Assembly (NCBI GenBank): GCA_030390025.1
Contig: JASTWF010000033.1
Span: forward strand, 124,001 to 188,000
Length of the DNA stretch: 64,000 nucleotides
Source: Squalus acanthias
Lineage: Eukaryota
Direction: 5' to 3'
Each line of letters opens with the position of its first letter. Position 1 is the first letter of the stretch. Positions 63,142 to 64,000 of this stretch are shown here, in pieces. A program made the position numbers and the translations under genes. The notes below the pieces were generated by a model, which had not been told where the DNA came from, did not search any database, and saw nothing but the letters and a program-made list of their open reading frames with translations.

Positions 63142-64000
63142 TGCTCCCGAACTGCTTTATCAAAAATTACCCCGAGAACATCAGTTCCATCTTTGCACAG
63201 GTGTAGACCGTCCCTTTTGTATAGGTCACACCTACCACAAAACTGGTTCCAATGCCTCAAAAATTTAAAACCCTCCCTCTTACACCACTGCTCAAGCCAC
63301 GTATTTAGCCTAACTATCCTGTTCTCTGTACTCTTACTAGCACGTGGCACTGGTAGTAATCCAGAGATTACTACCTTCGAGGTCCTACTTTTTAGCTTGG
63401 CTCCTAACTCCCTAAATTCTACTTGTAGGACCTCTTCCCTTTTTTTAGCTACGTCGTTGGTACCAACATGTATCACGACAACTGGCTGTTCCCCCTCCCC
63501 CTCCAGAATGTTCTGCACCCGCGCCGAGACATCCTTGACCCTTGCACCAGGGAGGCAACATACCATCCTGGAGTCTCGGTCGCGACCACAGAAACCCCTA
63601 TCTATTCCCCTTACAATCGAATCCCCTATTACTATAGCCCTGCCACTCTTTTTCCCTCCCTTCTTTGCAACAGAGCCAGTCATGGTGCCATGAGCCTGGC
63701 TGCTGGTGCCTTCCCCCGATGAGTCATCCCCCCCGACAACAGCACCTAAGGCGGTGAACCTGTTGCTAAGGGAGACAACCCCAGGGGATTTCTGCACTAC
63801 CTTCCTGCCCTTGCTCTGCCTTTTGGTCACCCATGTACTATCTACGCTGGCCTTAACCTGCGGTGTGACCAACTCACTAAATGTGTTATCCACAACCCTC
63901 TCAGAATCGTGGATGCTCCAAAGTGAGTCCATCCGCAGCTCAAGGGCCGTCATGCGGTCCCACATGAGCTGCAGCTGGACACACTTCCCGCACACATGGT
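63132..64000 (-). CDS. CR1 ORF1p: zinc finger/coiled coil plus SGNH esterase domain (N-terminus beyond the window)
   Basis: CGKC..L-rich heptads; SGNH blocks [22 protein letters not shown] and DGLH are all intact; stop TAG at 63134-63132. Confidence 0.9.
63135..63141 (-). promoter_or_regulatory. Candidate -1 ribosomal frameshift slippery heptamer T TTA AAC at the ORF1/ORF2 junction
   Basis: Correctly phased X XXY YYZ directly before the ORF1 stop, with ORF2 in the -1 frame. The same motif occurs at 18678-18684 and 32299-32305. Confidence 0.6.

Larger units (their letters stand above)
60090..64000 (-). mobile_element. Young, nearly intact CR1 LINE running off the window end
   Basis: Open ORF1, ORF2 broken only at the G run near 61000, and tail (tatgtatc)n. 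Confidence 0.97.

Overview
Repeat-dominated, non-coding vertebrate genomic DNA, most likely from a cartilaginous fish (inferred from the SacSINE1-like DeuSINE and the repeat families present). About three quarters of the window is nested CR1-type LINEs from several subfamilies, a second CR1/L2-group LINE, an L2 fragment, two SINEs, a Harbinger-like MITE, Penelope-like terminal-repeat fragments carrying decayed minimal hammerhead motifs, and about ten micro/minisatellites, including a 10.6 kb 35-bp satellite with higher-order structure. No host protein-coding exon, rRNA or tRNA gene can be supported, and most long ORFs in the track are repeat artefacts. The most interesting signal is at the ORF1/ORF2 junction of three divergent CR1 copies. 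Each has a canonical -1 slippery heptamer (T TTA AAC) directly before the ORF1 stop position, with ORF2 open in the -1 frame. In the youngest copy ORF2 has no AUG until after the endonuclease domain. This suggests an esterase-endonuclease-RT fusion made by programmed ribosomal frameshifting. Other observations are a mosaic CR1 sharing its 3' half with an inverted copy 25 kb away, a duplicated CR1 3' UTR, and inverted arrays of a 67-bp repeat. Boundaries were placed by eye and are approximate.
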